Shown here one piece after another: positions 61,191-64,000 of a stretch of 64,000 nt of DNA. Source of the DNA: Lama guanicoe (lineage: Eukaryota); assembly GCA_013239625.1 (NCBI GenBank), contig MU056134.1, forward strand, positions 2,926,477-2,990,476. Direction: 5' to 3'. The notes below the pieces were generated by a model. It had not been told where the DNA came from. It worked only from the letters and a program-made list of their open reading frames with translations, and made no database searches. The translations under genes and the position numbers were made by a program. Each line of letters begins with the position of its first letter. The stretch's first letter is position 1.

Positions 61191-62799
61191 GTGTAATACT
61201 TTTTAAAAATTCCAGGGAAAGAAAGCCAAGAGGATAGTAAGAGGACGCCATCTCACTAAATTCTTTAATACTTCGGAGTCCAAGCAACTGACCCTGGCAC
61301 CGCCCACCTGGTCCTCACTAACAGGCAGCAGGGAGGGGCTGGAAGCCACGTTCCTTCTCACGGCCCAGTGGCCCAGCACCCTGGGTGGGGGCTCATGGTT
61401 AGGACAGGGGTGGCACTGTTTTGTAAAGGGCTGTAAAGTTCAGATCATGACTTCCCAGCATGGCTGATAACTACAGGGACAAAGGCCTCTGTTAATAGTG
61501 GCAGCTTTTGTTATTTATAACCCTTAACTGTCTTTGGAGTCCCCACCCTGGTGATTCCTGCCTGAATTCAGGCCTTTTTGTTGCTAATTGGATAATTCAG
61601 CATCTGACAGGCTCTCTCCAATGCACTAGACATTCCCTCCTCCAAATGTGCCTCTGGGCATAAGCTCCCCAGAGACCCACCTGGCTGTCATCCTCTGCTT
61701 AGCCCCCTCTGATGGCTCTGCTGCCAGAAGCCTGGCACATGGACCCCTCATGACCCCCACTTCATTCTCTCCCTCCCTCAGCCTGTGTCTCACCATCACC
61801 CCCTCCTTTTCCCTCTGTCTCCCACACCCACCAGCTCTGCCAAGTGCCCACCAGTCCCTGCACTTCCTCCACCACCCTTCCTCCTGAAATGCCCGGTTCC
61901 ACCCGCACCCTGGCACCTGGGTGCCCACCCTTCCAGGCCCAGATCAAACTGAGCCCCACCCTGCAGCCTCCCACAGCTCTCAGATACCTGCCCCATCACC
62001 CCTCTGCTCTGGGATCACCCCACGCCACCTGTGTCTACAGCACTTGTCACGCTGGAATGCAGTCTGTCACCAGCAGTGAGCTCCTGGGGGGCCGGGCTTG
62101 GCCTGAATGTGAGCTAAGCAGGCAGTGTCTCTAGAGGACCAATGACTGTGGGTTCCTGATCCCAGCTCAGCTCTCAGCAGCTCCTCAGCTGCCTTTGTCC
62201 TGGTGACCTTGAGCTGAAGGTCAGCGGCAGAACAAGTGATGGAATGGGCTGTGAACTGCACAGAGAAGCAAGAAAGAAGCTACCCTGGGGGAGGAAAGGC
62301 CATGGCGCAGGCACCAGGGCAGCAAGAAACAAGTGTGTCTTGATGGAGACGTTCTGTTCGTTAGACTCCTGAGCAAGGCAGATGTTCCAAGATGCTGCGT
62401 GGTGTCTGGTCCAATCCTCCATTCCCGGCCGAGGCAGCCAAGTCAATTCCAGCCAAGCAGCCAGAGCAAGCCCTTGGGGCAGACGAATTAAGTGACTTTT
62501 TCCGGGAATTTGGGAAACATCAGTAGCTGAATGAAAAATCCATCTTCGTAATGAGGCACAAACACACGTCTTCAACATCTGAATTAGGTCACAGAGGAGA
62601 AAGGACATTGCGGGGCCAATCTGGAGGCAGCTCAAATGAAATGGCTGATGTTCAAGGAGGCATCTGCTCTTGTGGCCGCCCCTGAGGGACCGAGGCGCTG
62701 AGGGCTGGGTCTGGAAAGGGAGTGGGGGATAGGGAGCCACAGATGACTTTCACTGCACCCTCTTTCGAGAGGGAGGCCCTGCAAAAAACTGTCCCCTAC

Positions 62800-63460
62800 T
62801 GACCCTCGTGCACTGCTGGTGGGACTGTAAAGTGATACCCCTGCTGGGAACACAGCATGATGAGTCCTCAGAAAATTAAACAGAATCACCATGGGATCCA
62901 GCAATCCCACTGCTGGGTATACACCCCCAAGAATTGAAAGCAGCGTCTCAAAGAGGTATTTGCACACCCACATTCACAGGAGCATTATTCACAACAGCTA
63001 AAGTGTGGAAGCAACCCGAGGGTCCACTGACAAATGAACGGATCAGCAAAACGTGCTACATACACACCATGGAGTATTATTTGGCTTTAAAAAGGGAGTT
63101 CTGACACATGCCACCACATGGGTGGACCCTGAAGACATCATGCTAAGTGACATAAGCCAGTCACAAAAAGACAAATACCGCGTGATTCCCCTTATATGCA
63201 GTATTGGAGAAGTCACCTGCACAGAGACAGAAAACAGAATGGGGGTGCCAGGGGCTGGGCTGGGTGGGAGTGGGGAGTGATTGTTTAATGGGTATAGAGT
63301 CTCAGTTTTACAAGATGAGAAAGCTCTGGAGATGATGGTGGTGCTGGTAGCATGACAAGGTGAATGTACTTAGTGCCCCTGAATAGTACACCTAAAAATG
63401 ATTAAAATGGTTAATTTTATGTTATGTGCATCAATTTAAAAATAAATATTTTTTTAAATT
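62800..63460 (+). mobile_element. L1MA/L1MB-type 3' end (~650 bp)
   Basis: gatccagcaatcccactgctgggtatacacccc..gcattattcacaacagc..catgctaagtgacataagccagtcacaaaa..aatggttaattttatgttatg..aataaa. Confidence 0.92.
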
Positions 63461-63639
63461 GCCTCTGATTGGGAGGAATTCAAGTTAATCCAAGGAGGAA
63501 GGTGGGGCAGCCCCACCATGGAAGCCCAGCAGGGGCCAGGGTACAGAGCTGGGAAGGGTCATTTGTAGGGCCCTCCCCCTCCCTCTGCCTCCCTGGCCTC
63601 CTTTCTGTTTCTCACTTACAACCATGCTTTTCCCCACCC

Positions 63640-64000
63640 AGCGCCTCGCCCATGCCACTCCTTCTGCCTGGGATACTTTCTGCCCCATCTCACTTTTGCT
63701 CATCAGAGCCTCAGCTCAAAGGTCACATCTTCACACAGGCCTGTGCTGTGCATCCAAAGTGAAACAGCTGCCTTCCCACACCCTCCCCACTGGCTGTCAC
63801 ACTGTCCCCCACCCTCAGTTTTTATGTCTCTGCCTGTCACTCTCTGGAAGTATTGTATTTACTTGTTTTTTCCATCTCGACTTTCTCGGTCATAAGCTCC
63901 ATGGAGGTGATGTAGCACCGCAGTTAATGGTAAGGATGCTTAGAACCAGACTGCTTGGGATCAGATCCTGGCTCCAGGACAGACTGGCTGAGTGGCCTTG
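63640..64000. mobile_element. L2 fragment and start of a MIR
   Basis: ctcagctcaaaggtcacatc..taagctccatgg, then agaaccagactgcttgggatcagatcctggctcc. Confidence 0.55.

Noticed and set aside
49448-64000. Upstream RPH3AL exon (RLVERLETM...CLLCGE...CKDCRK)
   Set aside because: Not found by eye or in the ORF track; presumably beyond the window.
1-64000. Prokaryote-type systems (CRISPR arrays, operons, defence islands) or intact autonomous transposons
   Set aside because: This is mammalian intron-rich DNA with no regularly spaced repeat array, and every mobile element seen is truncated and degenerate.

Overview
Mammalian genomic DNA, probably from a camelid (alpaca, llama or camel), judged from a Vic-1-like tRNA-derived SINE and cetartiodactyl-type L1 3' ends. 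The window holds the 3' part of one protein-coding gene on the minus strand, RPH3AL (Noc2, the Rab3/Rab27 effector). Five coding exons (49447-49361, 25059-24885, 8828-8715, 7663-7517, 5802-5768) have canonical GT-AG sites and splice in frame to 185 aa plus stop. A ~1.1 kb 3' UTR ends after an AATAAA at 4686-4681. I did not find the 5' exons; they presumably lie beyond position 64000. The rest is intron or downstream sequence with ordinary repeats (L1, L2, MIR, MaLR/ERV LTRs, MER5, MADE2, CR1), three N-gaps and several motif-dense candidate enhancers. Nearly all ORFs in the supplied track are spurious. I found no convincing new biological system. The best leads are a frame difference in the Noc2 C-terminus relative to human, in-frame skippable exons, a probable L1 3' transduction, and candidate endocrine or E-box enhancers. 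Comparisons with human/mouse proteins and repeat consensus sequences are from memory, not from a search.
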